Translations under genes and position numbers: made by a program | Source of the DNA: Eledone cirrhosa | Taxonomy: Eukaryota | NCBI GenBank assembly: GCA_964016885.1 | Contig: OZ024759.1 | Coordinates: 18,166,001-18,230,000, forward strand | Direction of reading: 5' to 3' | DNA: 64,000 nucleotides | Notes under the pieces: generated by a model | The model's input: only the letters and a program-made list of their open reading frames with translations | Database searches by the model: none | Told to the model about the DNA's origin: nothing | In this document: in pieces, positions 1 to 12,067 of the stretch | How the letters are laid out: the number at the start of each line of letters is the position of its first letter | Numbering within the stretch: position 1 is the first letter of the stretch

Positions 1-1426
1 GGTGGTGTTAAAATGCAGTATTTCGTTTATGCATGCTTTGTTAAATGGATGGCTAGGAATGTTCTGCACTGACCAATTTATTAATTTTGGGCTGTTTTTT
101 TCTTTTATTTAGTAGCTCACCAAACTCATCATCACAAGCACAAATACTGTTTTCTTTCACGCACTAACATTATTCATTATAACCATTTATAACTGCAAAA
201 CTTCTGTCTAATAAGGAATCAAAATTTCACAGCAAACAACCTATAGAAATGACAAAATTAAATTAATTAGCACTAAGAAGACATGAACAATATCTAAGGA
301 AGACAGTTAAACATGTTTGTATAAAACAATAAATACCCAAACCATTTTCAATTAATAAGGAAAATTGATTTTGAAAATTGAAGTCTCTATTTTAATAAAT
401 ATCTATGCTACATAAAATGAAATGGGTGTGTAAATAAAATCAGCCATCCTTTACATTACATAGAACATTATCATGTCCACTATATTACAGCAGTAGTAGT
501 AGCAGCAGCAGCAGTAGTAGTAGTAGCTGTAGCAGTCTCTCATTTATTGCCAGCCAATCATATCATATTATAATAGGTACTACTTGTGAATCTGCCCTAA
601 AACTTGTCCTGAAGTATGTCTTCCCACTGTAGTAATACCAGTATTGGTGATGAAATGGCTGGAGTCATCAGAAGATCAACTAGACTGCATTGCTGCAGCT
701 TTTGTTCCAACTCTTTGAGCTCTTTGAATTCAAATCCCACTGAGGTCAACTTTAAATTTAAAAAAGTCTGTCCCAAGCTCGGAGATTTGTCAGGCTGGTG
801 CTTCTCCTGATTTCCATGTTATGAAGCGACTGAGAGTACAAGAGTTCTCCCTGTACAATATGTCAATCTATCGCAGGGTTAAACCCTACCTACTACTGTT
901 GGTGGTACTCATTTACAGCTGAGTGTACTGTAGCTAAATTAAGTATTTTGCTCAAGAACACAACAAACAGCCCAGCCTAGGAATCAAACCCATGACATTA
1001 TGATCATAAGTCCAACACTTTTACCACTAGGTTAACTTTGTCTTTCATCATTTTGAGGACAATTATATCAAGTAGTAGCCCAGTTGCTTCTTTCTTTCTC
1101 TATATCGCATTCTCATTTCCTGTGTTGGTCAGTCATACTACATGGTGATGTTAACAAAGTATATTGTAGAAGAGTTAATTAATATACTAGTTTCAGCCAT
1201 TGGACTTTGGCCATGCTGTAGCACTATCTGTTATTATTTTCACTGACTATATTGCTATAATTAAGATGGTGAATTGGCAGTCATTAGAACATCGGGTGGA
1301 ATGTTGCAGTATTCATTCCAGCTCTGTGTTTAAATCCATGGAGGTCAAATTTGCCTTTCATCTTTTCAGGGTTGGTAAAAAATTTACCAGTCCAGTTTAG
1401 TTCTGAGGTCAATTCTTTCTCTATAA

Positions 1427-1795
1427 GGGCAGGTGATTGGCATTATCGGTAGAGTGTCAGACGCCATGCTTTGCAGCATAGAGTTACGGCCCTTTACGGT
1501 CTTCAGTTCAAATCCTGGTGAAGTCAAATTTGCCTTTCATCTTTTCAAGGTTGATAAAAAATTTACCAGTCAAGTCTAGTTCTGGGGTCAATTCTTTCTT
1601 TATAAGGGCAGTGGATTGGCATTATCGGTAGAGGGTCGGGTGCCATGCTTTGCAGCATAGAGTTGCGGCTCTTTATGGACTGAGTTCAAACCCCGCCGAG
1701 GTTAACTTTGCATTTCGTCCTTACGAGGTTGATAAAATAAAGCACCAGTAATGTACTGGGGTAATTGCTGGCCTTGTGCCAAGAGTAGAAACAAT
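1427..1795 (+). mobile_element. Tandem SINE family A copies (tRNA-derived, Meta/MESC-like core)
   Basis: A box tggcattatcgg, B box gttcaaa, core tttgcctttcatc...gataaaa...accag, and tail gctggccttgtgcc...gtagaaacaatt. Confidence 0.8.
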
Positions 1796-2001
1796 TCTTT
1801 CTCTATAACTCTTTCTCGTGCCCTCCTTCTTTGACACCACTGAAGGGTCCGCCCAAACCTGTTTGGCACGCTTTCTATGGTTGGACGCTTTCCTTATCAC
1901 CAGCCACTTTACAGCATATTGGGTGTGTTTATCACATAAATCACCAACACTTGAGTCTGGTCACAGCATGGGGTGACTGATGTGTCATCTAAATTCTTTT
2001 T

Positions 2002-2058
<57 letters not shown>

Positions 2059-2113
2059 TTAATGTATAAAGGAACAAAGAATCAGTGTTACATCATATAC
2101 ATATTTATTATAT

Positions 2114-3212
2114 ACTAGCAGAGATACCCGGCGTTGTTCGGGTATTAAATAGCAGTTGTGTATACCATTTATGTCAATACTTCAGTGCTACTTCGAAAAC
2201 TATACTTTTACAAAATCATCGGCTTTTTCCAAAAGAGTGTTCCTACCCCCAGGGGTCCCCTACTCAATATGTGCCAGTTCTGAGAGTTCACATTCATCTG
2301 TAGGACAAACGTAGCCTATGTGTCAAGTTTTGTGAAAATCGGTTGCGAACTCCAGAATTTATGACGTTTTGTTGCATTGCACTTCAGTTCTTCAGTCGAC
2401 TCCAAGGAAGTGGTTAAAGGGGGTTATCTGCCGGGAGGCCCTATAATCAATATCTGTAAAAATGAAAGTGCCCATGACCATCTGGAGTACATAAGTAAGC
2501 TATGTCTTAAGTTTGGTGAAAATACTGTAGAAATGAATAAGGTTTATACACGCACACGCTCGTGTGTGTGTGGGGGGGGGGGTATGTATTTGTGTGTGCG
2601 TATGTATGTGTATGTCCGTCAAGGCATATGTATGTACTGGCCTAAATCTTCACTATTTACTTTTACTATTTTAATAACCTCTGTCATTTTCGTTTTCAAT
2701 TTTATTTACATCATTCTAAAACTCCGGGGCTGGAAATCATTCTATTATGTTAAATAGAATATTAGTCTAACGACTCCATTTATACCATGAACTTGGTCTT
2801 GTCTTTGCATGAAATTGTTCTTCTCGCTCCACATAATGACGTATTATCCTCGCTTTTTTTCCCATTCATTGCCAGGGAACGTCTTCACGAACCAAAATAT
2901 CGTCTTCCTGTTTTCATTTGGTTGGAACATTTCTCGAAATTTTGACTTCTGCGTTCACAGATTACTCTCAGTTCAAGACACTACGCTAGACACTACGGCT
3001 TAATACGGGATGTTTGTTTACAAACACACCGACCATTATAATAAATGTTCGGTGAATCCATATGTACATATATATATATATGTGTGCATGTATGTATATA
3101 TATATACATACTACTGTACGTCTGTATACATATATGTATGTACGTATACATACTTATATTTAAGTAACAGCCGTACTAAGAGTGGGAAATGAAATTTTGT
3201 TTCATTTTTTCC

Positions 3213-3220
<8 letters not shown>
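2114..3220 (+). mobile_element. Non-autonomous Helitron/Helentron-like element
   Basis: Starts tactagcagagatacccggcgttgttcggg (hairpin-forming), has internal microsatellites and ends ttttatatata. The architecture resembles HINE-type elements. No coding remnant was recognised. Confidence 0.4.
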
Positions 3221-3277
<57 letters not shown>

Positions 3278-3325
3278 TATAAGAATACACACACAGACAA
3301 ATATATATATCTATATGTGTGTGTG

Positions 3326-3610
3326 TGGAGGCACATAGCCTAGTGGTAAGGGTGTTGGACTTACGATCATAATGTCGTGGGTTCGATTCCTGGGTTGCGT
3401 GTTGTGTTTTTGCGCAAAACACTTCATTTCACATTGCTCCAGTATACTCAGCTGTAAATGAGTACCAGCAATAGCTGGAGGTTTAACCCTCCGATGGACT
3501 GGCATCCTGTCCAGGGGGAGTCTTGTACTCTCAGTCGCTTCACGCCATGAAACCGGGATAAGCGCCGGCCAAATGACCCTTCTGGCTTAGGACAAACTTT
3601 AGACTTTTTT
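3326..3610 (+). mobile_element. CORE-type SINE, alternative tail subfamily
   Basis: tRNA-like head and CORE-like segment with a different 3' part. Relatives lie at about 770-1030 (-) and 60150-60545 (+). Confidence 0.72.
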
Positions 3611-4506
3611 AGACTTATGTATCATATATTTTTTTGTGGGGGTATTGGTCTCTATTATGCTGTAGGAATGTCACCAAGCACACTCCTACTTAGTACTGTG
3701 ACAGTGTTGTCAGAGTGACCTCTGAAACTTACAATGTTGAAGACAGCAATAGAAGCAATGTGGTTTGTAAGTAGGGGAGAAAGTTTAAAACAGTGAGAAA
3801 ATTAGAGTTGGTGGGAGAGAGAGAGGGAGGTGAGAAGATAATCTTGAAGGGAGAGAGAGAGAGATATGGGTGAAGGATTATCTTGAAGGGGAACGAAAGA
3901 GAGAGATGTGGGTGAAAGGATTAACTTGATAGGGAAAGATAGAGAGAGAGAGGTTGTGAAAAACAATGAATGAAAGAGTGTTCAATAAGTTTAAATAAAA
4001 AACAAAGAAAATCAATGATAGGGAGAGTTAAATAAGTAAGGAAACAGGGAAGTAGTTTGATATAGTGAGAAAAACAAAAGATAAAAGAAGCAATAAAAAG
4101 AAAATGGAAGCTGGCTATTGAATATATTCATAGCTAAAATATAACTCAATTTCTGAGAAAGCAAATAGGTGTTAGATCAATACATTTCTATATATAAAAG
4201 GTCAAGTCACATGTCACTTGTTTTTGCTGTGTTGGTTTCTGTCAAACTTTAAGAATGTCCTTTGAAGAATGAGGTGTTATATTGGATGGAAGAAAGAGAG
4301 GAAGGAGAGAAAGAAAGAGTATAGAAAGATAAAGAGAGAGGGGAAAAGAGAGGGAGGAAGTACAAAGAGAGAGTGTGAGAGAAAGAAACATTAAAGATAG
4401 CTGAAAGACAAGGTTTTTAGCCAGAATGCTAACCTCAGAAACTACTCTGCTTATAAAAAATTTGATTTTATGATCCATTTTCAATATAGCTTCTCACAAC
4501 ATACAC

Positions 4507-4550
<44 letters not shown>

Positions 4551-4978
4551 TTGTTTGCCCTCCTCACAAAACACTCTTCACCCTCTATATCATACATTCA
4601 CTGCCATCCTTCTAATTTTAGTGTTATTTTACGTTTATTGCTGCTGTCATTCTCTGTGATTTTTAGTGGGGTGACAGCACTGTCCACAGACTACAGGTGA
4701 ATCTCAGAATCTGTGTTTACTGAATTCACAGTTATTCATTGAAATTTTCTCTAGGTCACAGTCACTTACCTTGTGGTATATTTTTAGCATTCTCTACAAA
4801 GGTGTCTGTTCTTTCATTAGTTTAAAGATGATTTAAATTGAACGGAAAATAAACTGTCATTATCAAGAATATCGTTATCAAATATTATTTTATATTTATA
4901 TTAATATTTATATCTGCAAAAATTACTCCATAATCAAATAAACCCAAAATCCCCATCACCTTTTCTGAGAACTTACAC

Positions 4979-5036
<58 letters not shown>

Positions 5037-5040
<4 letters not shown>

Positions 5041-5287
5041 AGTGTAATTTTCTACACAAAACGAAGGTTATAGAGAAAATTGAGGTTGGTAATGGCACAT
5101 GGAATATATAAGAGACAGAATACTTTTTTGTGAAAAAACATATAATTTTATAAGGTAAGGAAATAATAAAGGGTATAAAAAATCCTTTATTATTTCCTTA
5201 CCTTATAAAATTATATGTTTTTTCACAAAAAAGTATTCTGTCTCTTATATATTCCATGTGCCATTACCAACCTCAATTTTCTCTATA
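5037..5287. repeat. Perfect fold-back insertion in (TA)n
   Basis: 104-bp arms at 5069-5172 and 5184-5287 with an 11-nt loop. Confidence 0.9.
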
Positions 5288-5300
5288 TATATATATATAT

Positions 5301-5677
5301 TTAAGTTAATGAGGTATCATTTAAGGCAATCCAAGTAGAGGTGATGAGTATTCTGTATCGAGGATAGTTCTAACGTTCGGCGTTGTTTGACTCAACAAGA
5401 TGTTTACTTAGTTGTGGTGTTCGGGTGGCCGATTCCAGACAGTTCCTAGGTAAGCGGTTCCTGGAGTATTAATAATAACAGAGTGAAGAATAACATGGAT
5501 CGGCTGTACAGTAGGGTTTATTTCAAGTATTAACAAATGTTTAATTAGTCCGGTGTGTCTAAAAACTGCTATCTGGCATTCTGTGGATAGCGGTTTTTAG
5601 ACACACCGGACTAATTAAACATTTGTTAATACTTGAAATAAACCCTACTGTACAGCCGATCCATGTTATTCTTCACT
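5301..5677 (-). repeat. Fold-back insertion in (TA)n, related to 19837-20049
   Basis: 92-bp arms at 5482-5573 and 5586-5677 with one mismatch. The unique part shares gactcaacaagatg.ttacttagtt and ggagtattaataa with the 19.9-kb copy. Confidence 0.85.
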
Positions 5678-5849
5678 TCTATATAAATATATATTTATTA
5701 AAATAGCAGATTAAAGTTTAAGCAAAGAATGGCTGCTTTCACCCTTAGTGGATCTTCTTAAACTTTAATCTGCTATTTTAATAAATATTTGCTCTAGGGC
5801 TCTTATATATTTGATATATATTTATCCTTATCAAGCCGCATGGCTTATG

Positions 5850-6185
5850 AAGGCGCATGGCTTAGTGGTTAGGGCATTGGCCTTGCAATCGAAAGGTTGT
5901 GAGTTCAATTCTCAGACCGGGTGATGTGTTGTTTCCTTGAGCAAGACACTTTATTTTACATTGCTCCAGTTTACTCAGCTGTAGAAATGAGATGATAGGG
6001 ACTGGGGTCCCTATCATTCCACTGTAAAGTGGTCGTGGAGGTGCCATGGCAAAAAAGCACCCAGCACTCACTGTAAATGAGGTTGGTGTTAGGAAGGGCA
6101 TCCAGCTGTAGAAATCAAGCCAGAATCAGTTCCCGTCCCACCCTTGTAAGCAGGGAATAGTGGACGTAAAATGAAATGATGATGA
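5850..6185 (+). mobile_element. SINE family B (tRNA-derived CORE-type SINE with RTE-like tail)
   Basis: A box tggcttagtgg, B box gagttcaattc, CORE-like ccttgagcaagacactt...ctcagctgtagaaatg, and tail ggaagggcatccagc...ggacgtaaaatga(tga)n. Confidence 0.82.
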
Positions 6186-6425
6186 TGATATATATATACA
6201 CATGGCATAGACACATATATTGCTATATATATTATTATCTTATTATTATTTTATTTAGACATTTATACATTTATACATATAGTGTATTCATGACTGAATA
6301 ATAATTGTTCCTACTTTTGGCACAAGACCAGCAATTATTCCAGTGTATTACTGGTACTTTATTACACTGGAATAATTGCTGGCCTTGTGCCAAAAGTAGA
6401 AACAATTATTATTCAGTCATGAATA

Positions 6426-6477
<52 letters not shown>

Positions 6478-6742
6478 AGTAAAATTATGTTGTTATAAGT
6501 CTAAATGGGTTATTCATTCTTAATTTATTAAATATTTTTTAATTAAACATACGGTATATTGCCAAATATACTATACATACGTTCATGTATACATCGCTAT
6601 TTCAGAGTATATTGCCAAATATACTATACATACATTCATGTATACATCGCTATTTCAGAGCATATATAAATATATAAAATATATATATATATATATATAT
6701 ACGATATTAAACAAATGGAAACTATATTTATAAAACCATATT

Positions 6743-6808
6743 TATTTCATTATACATATTTCAGGGATACCATATTAAAAATATGGCATGCCTTCGTCAG
6801 ATAAAATA
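6743..6808 (-). ncRNA. Type I hammerhead ribozyme (inverted copy of 6899-6964)
   Basis: Reverse complement of the same fold with intact CTGACGA and GAAA. Confidence 0.78.
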
Positions 6809-6898
6809 CAATATATAAACAGTTAGCCGGCCTCCTATCTTAATGGTCGCTTATATGTATGGTACGTCAAAATTATTTATAAAACTGTTTATATATTG

Positions 6899-6964
6899 TA
6901 TTTTATCTGACGAAGGCATGCCATATTTTTAATATGGTATTCCTGAAATATGTATAATGAAATA
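6899..6964 (+). ncRNA. Type I hammerhead ribozyme (minimal stem III)
   Basis: tattttat-CTGACGA-AGGCATGCCATATT(ttt)AATATGGTATTCCT-GAAATATGTATA-atgaaata. Stem I has 8 bp including one G-U. Confidence 0.8.
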
Positions 6965-7689
6965 AATATGGTTTTATAAATATAGTTTCCATTTGTTTAA
7001 TATCGTATATCTACTCCAAAAACTTGTTGAGTGCTTTATATCGGTTATAAAATATTTACTTGTTGTAACCCAACAATTTTAAATAAAACTTTTGCATATA
7101 TATATATATATATATGTATGTATATATATGTGTGTATATATGCATATATATATAGTGTGTGACATTATGCATATGCTAATGTATCTACTTGTATGGATTC
7201 CCTAATCTCCATATTTTTACACTGATATATTCTATATACTAAAATATAAAGAATCATTACTGTGTCTTCTATATATTCTTTAAACAGCCACTGAACTCAC
7301 CATAGGAAAGTAAGACAGCTTTCATAATTACCATTTCATGGATTTCTTTCATATTATTTTCAAAATTCATTTTAATATCCACCATTTTCTTTTTTCAATT
7401 TTCTTTACCATTGTATTATATTTATGAATTCAAAAAAGATATTTCTTTTTTCAACATATCTTCGGTTATTTTTGAATTTTTCCAATTTTGTAGTAGCTAG
7501 CCTATCGTTAATGAGACATTAATTAATACTCTGTATGTTAATAGTTAATAATGAATAATTAATTACTATAACTGATATCGTCTGGTTCTTCTTTGTATAG
7601 TATCACACTGCAATGTAGTAATATGTCTTCTTTTATCAAAATAATATCTATACATATACGACAACAATGAGACCGACAACAGCTACAAA

Positions 7690-8460
7690 GTTGGTGACAA
7701 CAACAACAACAACAACAGCATCGGTGATAACAACAACAACATCTGTGATAACAATACATAATAACTTCATCATCATTGTCATCATCATCAAGAACAACAA
7801 CTACAACAATAGCAATAGGTGACAACATCAGTGACAACAACTTCATCATTATCAACAACAACAACAACAACAAAACACATAACTTCATTATCAACAACAA
7901 CAACAACACACATAACTTCATCATTATCAACAACAACAACAACAACAACAACACATAACTTCATCATTATCATCAACAACAACAACAACAACACATAACT
8001 TCATCATTATCATCAACAACAACAACAACAACACACATAACTTCATCATTATCAACAACAACAACAACACATAACTTCATCATTATCAACAACAACAACA
8101 ACAACAACAACACATAACTTCATCATTATCATCAACAACAACAACAACAACACATAACTTCATTATTATCAACAACAACAACAACAACACATAACTTCAT
8201 CATTATCATCAACAACAACAACACATAACTTCATCATTATCAACAACAACAACAACAACACATAACTTCATCATTATCATCAACAACAACAACACATAAC
8301 TTCATCATTATCAACAACAACAACAACAACAACATAACTTCATCATTATCATCAACAACAACAACACATAACTTCATCATTATCAACAACAACAACAACA
8401 ACTTCATCATTATCAACAACAACAACAACATCAACAACTACGAAATTGGTGATAACAACA
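7690..8460. repeat. (CAA)n-based compound repeat
   Basis: Units of cataacttcatcattat(caa)n. Confidence 0.92.
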
Positions 8461-8461
8461 A

Positions 8462-8705
8462 AAAGGTGCGTGGCTGAGCGGTTAGAGAGTTGGATTCGCG
8501 ACCGTGAGATTACAAGTTCAATTCTCAGGCCGGGTGATGTGTTGTGTCCTTGAGCAAGACACTTTATTTCATGTTGCTCCTTCTCCCATGAGTTGTGACC
8601 GGTAGACAGTATCAGCAATGGAAAGACCAATGGAAACATTGTTTCCTTGGTCCGATTTGACGAGGTCCACCCTACTTGGCAAGCAAATGAGGTCTGGGAT
8701 CTCGT
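8462..8705 (+). mobile_element. CORE-type SINE carrying the 62-bp unit once
   Basis: Head and CORE followed by gtagacagtatcagcaatggaaagaccaatggaaacattgtttccttggtc. Confidence 0.75.
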
Positions 8706-8729
8706 CGATCGATCAGAGCGAGGGGTGAT

Positions 8730-9100
8730 GTAGTGGGGATGGAGGTGGGGATGGTGGTGGTGATAGTGGTGGTGGTGGTGGTGATAGAGGTGGTGATGGT
8801 GGTGATAGAGCTGGTGGTGGTGGTGATGGTGGTGGTGGTGGTGATAGTGGTGGTGGTGGTGATAGCTGTGGTGGTGGTGATAGTGATAGTGGTGGGGTTG
8901 GGGGTGATATTGGCAGTGGGGGTGGGGTGATAGTGGCGGTGGTGGTGATAGTGGTAGTGGTGATGATAGTGGTGATAGTGATGGTGGTAGTGGGGGTGAT
9001 AGTGGTGGTGGTGGTGATAGTGGTTGTGGTGGTAGTGATGATGATAGTGGTGGTGGTGGTAGTGGTGGTGGTGGTAGTGGTGGTGATATAGTGGTGATGG
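8730..9100. repeat. (GGT/GAT)n microsatellite
   Basis: Read directly from the sequence. Confidence 0.92.
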
Positions 9101-9529
9101 TGTTCGCGAGAGTAGTGGCAGTGTTGCAGGTGGATGTAGTGGTGTTTGTGTGTGTGCTGGTAGATTTGGGTGGGTAGAGCGCATGAAGTGGCAGTGGTGG
9201 TGTCAGGGATGTGTATGTAGTGGTAGTGGTGGAGATGTAGCGGTGTTTATGTAGGTTGGTTTTGATGGTTGATTAGTCTAAATTGAGTGATTTGAGTGCT
9301 TGTAGGTATGGTGATAGTGGTGGGGTGGATGTAGTGGCGTGTGTATGTGTGTGTGTTCTTCTATACATGTGTTTATTTAGATTATAGGGTATGTATATAT
9401 AAAAGTGGGTGGGGTGTATATTTGTTAAAGACTGAAGGAATGTATGTATACAGAAATAATTTATTGTTAGGAAAAATCATTTTCGAATTTGGCTTTATTC
9501 AAACAATTCAATTGTATTTTGGTTAATAT

Positions 9530-9721
9530 ATATCATCATCATCATACGTCCGCTTTTCCCTGCTTGCAAGGGTGGGACGGGTCTTATTCAGCACAGCATC
9601 TCTCCACTCGTCACGGTCCTTCGTCATCTCCACCGTGAGCTTCAATGATCTGAGGTCTGTTCTCACCACCTCCGCCCATGTTTTTCGTGGTCTACCTCTA
9701 CCACGTCTTCCTTCAACTGGC

Positions 9722-9727
<6 letters not shown>
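9530..9727 (-). mobile_element. RTE-clade LINE 3' end
   Basis: Encodes EMPVEGRRGRGRPRKTWAEVVRTDL...DRDEWR, a typical RTE C-terminus, followed by a (TGA)n tail. Confidence 0.85.
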
Positions 9728-9763
<36 letters not shown>

Positions 9764-9878
9764 GGGGGGGTGGGATATATACATACATATGTGTATTTAT
9801 ACATATATAACTTTAATAAATAAATACATATATATATATACATAATGTATATATATATCTATATCTAAGAACTGACTA

Positions 9879-9934
9879 ACTGCCTGATGAGGTCATAGCC
9901 ATTCAATGGCTATCATCGAAGTATATATAGCAGT
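9879..9934 (+). ncRNA. Type I hammerhead-like fold with one core variant (GAAG)
   Basis: actgc-CTGATGA-GGTCATAGCCAT(tca)ATGGCTATCATC-GAAGTATATATA-gcagt, with AATAAA at 9936. It lies in a TA-flanked insert of about 115 bp. Confidence 0.68.
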
Positions 9935-10182
9935 AAATAAAGGATTATGAGTTCATGCAATTGACTTATGTTTCGTCACTATATATATATATATATGTGT
10001 AAATGTATATATATGTTTACATATGTCTGTAAATGTATGTATATGTGTATATGCTTATATATGTATATGTGTATATGTTTGCATATGCTTGTATATGTAT
10101 ATGTGAATATGTCTGTGTGTGGTAGCATTTGAACCTAGAATGTGAAGAAATTTATATGTATATACTGTAAGACATTTTCTTA

Positions 10183-10392
10183 TCACCACCACCTCCAACA
10201 CTATACATTACTACAACCACCATCACCACCACCTCCAACACTATACATTACTACAACCACCATCACCACCACCTCCAACACTATACATTACTACAACCAC
10301 CATCACCACCACCTCCAACACTATACATTACTACAACCACCATCACCACCACCTCCAACACTATACATTACTACAACCACCATCACCACCAC
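10183..10392. repeat. 40-bp tandem repeat, 5 copies
   Basis: (catcaccaccacctccaacactatacattactacaaccac)n. Confidence 0.92.
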
Positions 10393-10822
10393 CAAATCCA
10401 GCAGCAATCGCCACATCCACTTCCACTACTATCACCACCACTAGATCCCTCACCACATCCACCACCACTACATACCCAACCACCACCACCACTACATCCC
10501 TCTCCACCACCAACAACCATTACCACTACATCTTTCACCTCCTCCACCACCACAACCACCGTCATCATAATAATAAAGATCTCCTCACATCTGGCACACA
10601 ACCAAACAATTGTTGGGATCAGGAATTAATATAATAAGAAATCAAATCTTCTGCTTTAGTATGTCTTCCATCAGTGGATATATTAATTGTTTCTATCATA
10701 GTATATAATGCCAGAGATTTACTAGGAAGGCAGGGAATATTTGATTATATCAGCCCCACTACTTGGCTGCTACATATACTGTTGGCCAGAGGCAGACTGG
10801 GTCTTAAAACTGGCACTCATGC

Positions 10823-10887
<65 letters not shown>

Positions 10888-10939
10888 ATAATAATTGTAT
10901 TAATATATATATATAATTGCATTAATATATATATATATA

Positions 10940-11150
10940 ACGAAGGAGGTGTGGTAAGGAACAAGATGGACCATAATGCACCAGATTACTCAATACTTAG
11001 GGTAGTAGAGTGGGTAATAGGAAAATGTTTAACCCCAACGGCAGAGCTCAAGCCGTTTCGGTGGCTATTTCTGGACTAAAACAATCCAAGTTTTAGTCCA
11101 GAAATAGCCGTTGAAACGGTTTGAGCTCTACTGTCGGAGTTAAACATTTT

Positions 11151-11155
<5 letters not shown>
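10940..11155 (-). repeat. Fold-back insertion in (TA)n
   Basis: 66-bp imperfect arms at 11017-11082 and 11090-11155. The unique end recurs inverted at 54121-54200. Confidence 0.8.
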
Positions 11156-11179
<24 letters not shown>

Positions 11180-11183
<4 letters not shown>

Positions 11184-11553
11184 TCATCATTATCATACGT
11201 CCGCTTTTCCCTGCTTGCAAGGGTGGGACGGGAACTGATTCTGGCTTGATTTCTACAGCTGGATGCCCTTCCTAACACCAACCTCATTTACAGTGAGTGC
11301 TGGGTGCTTTTTTTTTCCGTGGCACCTACATATCCACTTTACAGTGTGGGCTGGGTGCTTTTTTGCCATGGCACCTCCACGACCACTTTGCAGTGGAATG
11401 ATAGGGACCCCAGTCCTATCATCTCATTTCTACAACTGAGTAAACTGGAGCAATGTGAAATAAAGTGTCTTGCTCAAGGAAACAACACATCACCCGGTCC
11501 AAGAATTGAACTCACAACCTTTCGATTGCAAGCCTTACCACTAAGCCATGTGC
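11180..11553 (-). mobile_element. SINE B
   Basis: Reverse complement of the family B consensus. Confidence 0.83.
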
Positions 11554-11669
11554 CTATATATATATAATTGTATTAATATATATATATATAATTGTATTAA
11601 TATATATATATATATTTATGTCCAAACCCATACTAGCGTGGAGGATGGATGTTGAACAATGATGATGAT

Positions 11670-12065
11670 ATAATGTGGGTAATATTAAATATTATCCAAT
11701 CACTAGTATGAGGGTAGCTCAATGTAAAATAACAAATATAATACAGAGCCGAAATACTTTATAAATAACAATCGAAGAGTATTTAAGAGCATTTAATTAC
11801 TAACAATCGTTTTATCCAAGCATAAGGCTGGAATCATCAGAGTATAAATCAAAAGTTAAAACAGATAAAATGGTCATGGAACATTCAGGGGATACCACAT
11901 ATGGAAAGAAAGCAAAAATAATAGATATTAACATTGATATAATAAAGGAAAGCAAGAAGATTATGAAAAGCATGATCATATAAATATAATTAAGATTAAG
12001 CAACTAGAATCATTAAAAACTTAAAAACAAGCTGGTATAAAGAATTTAAGCATAATGGAAGGCAT
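11670..12065 (-). mobile_element. Old Penelope-like 3' fragment with degenerate hammerhead
   Basis: Reverse complement of 11798-11844 reads tact-CTGATGA-TTCCAGC(cttat)GCTTGGAT-AAAACGATTGTT-agta (GAAA changed to AAAA). Element boundaries are uncertain. Confidence 0.5.
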
Positions 12066-12067
12066 AT

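Larger units (their letters stand above)
6700..7097 (+). mobile_element. Penelope-like pLTR insertion with inverted 5' duplicate (family P1)
   Basis: Inverted arms of about 125 bp (6700-6824 and about 6883-7007), a hammerhead in each arm, AATAAA just downstream, and (TA)n on both sides. Confidence 0.72.

Noticed and set aside
3666-3772. AG...GTAAGT-bounded segment as a candidate exon
   Set aside because: Stop codons in all three frames and no Sac2 similarity.
5581-5615. CTGTGGA...GACAC as a variant hammerhead core
   Set aside because: Two core deviations and no convincing stems.
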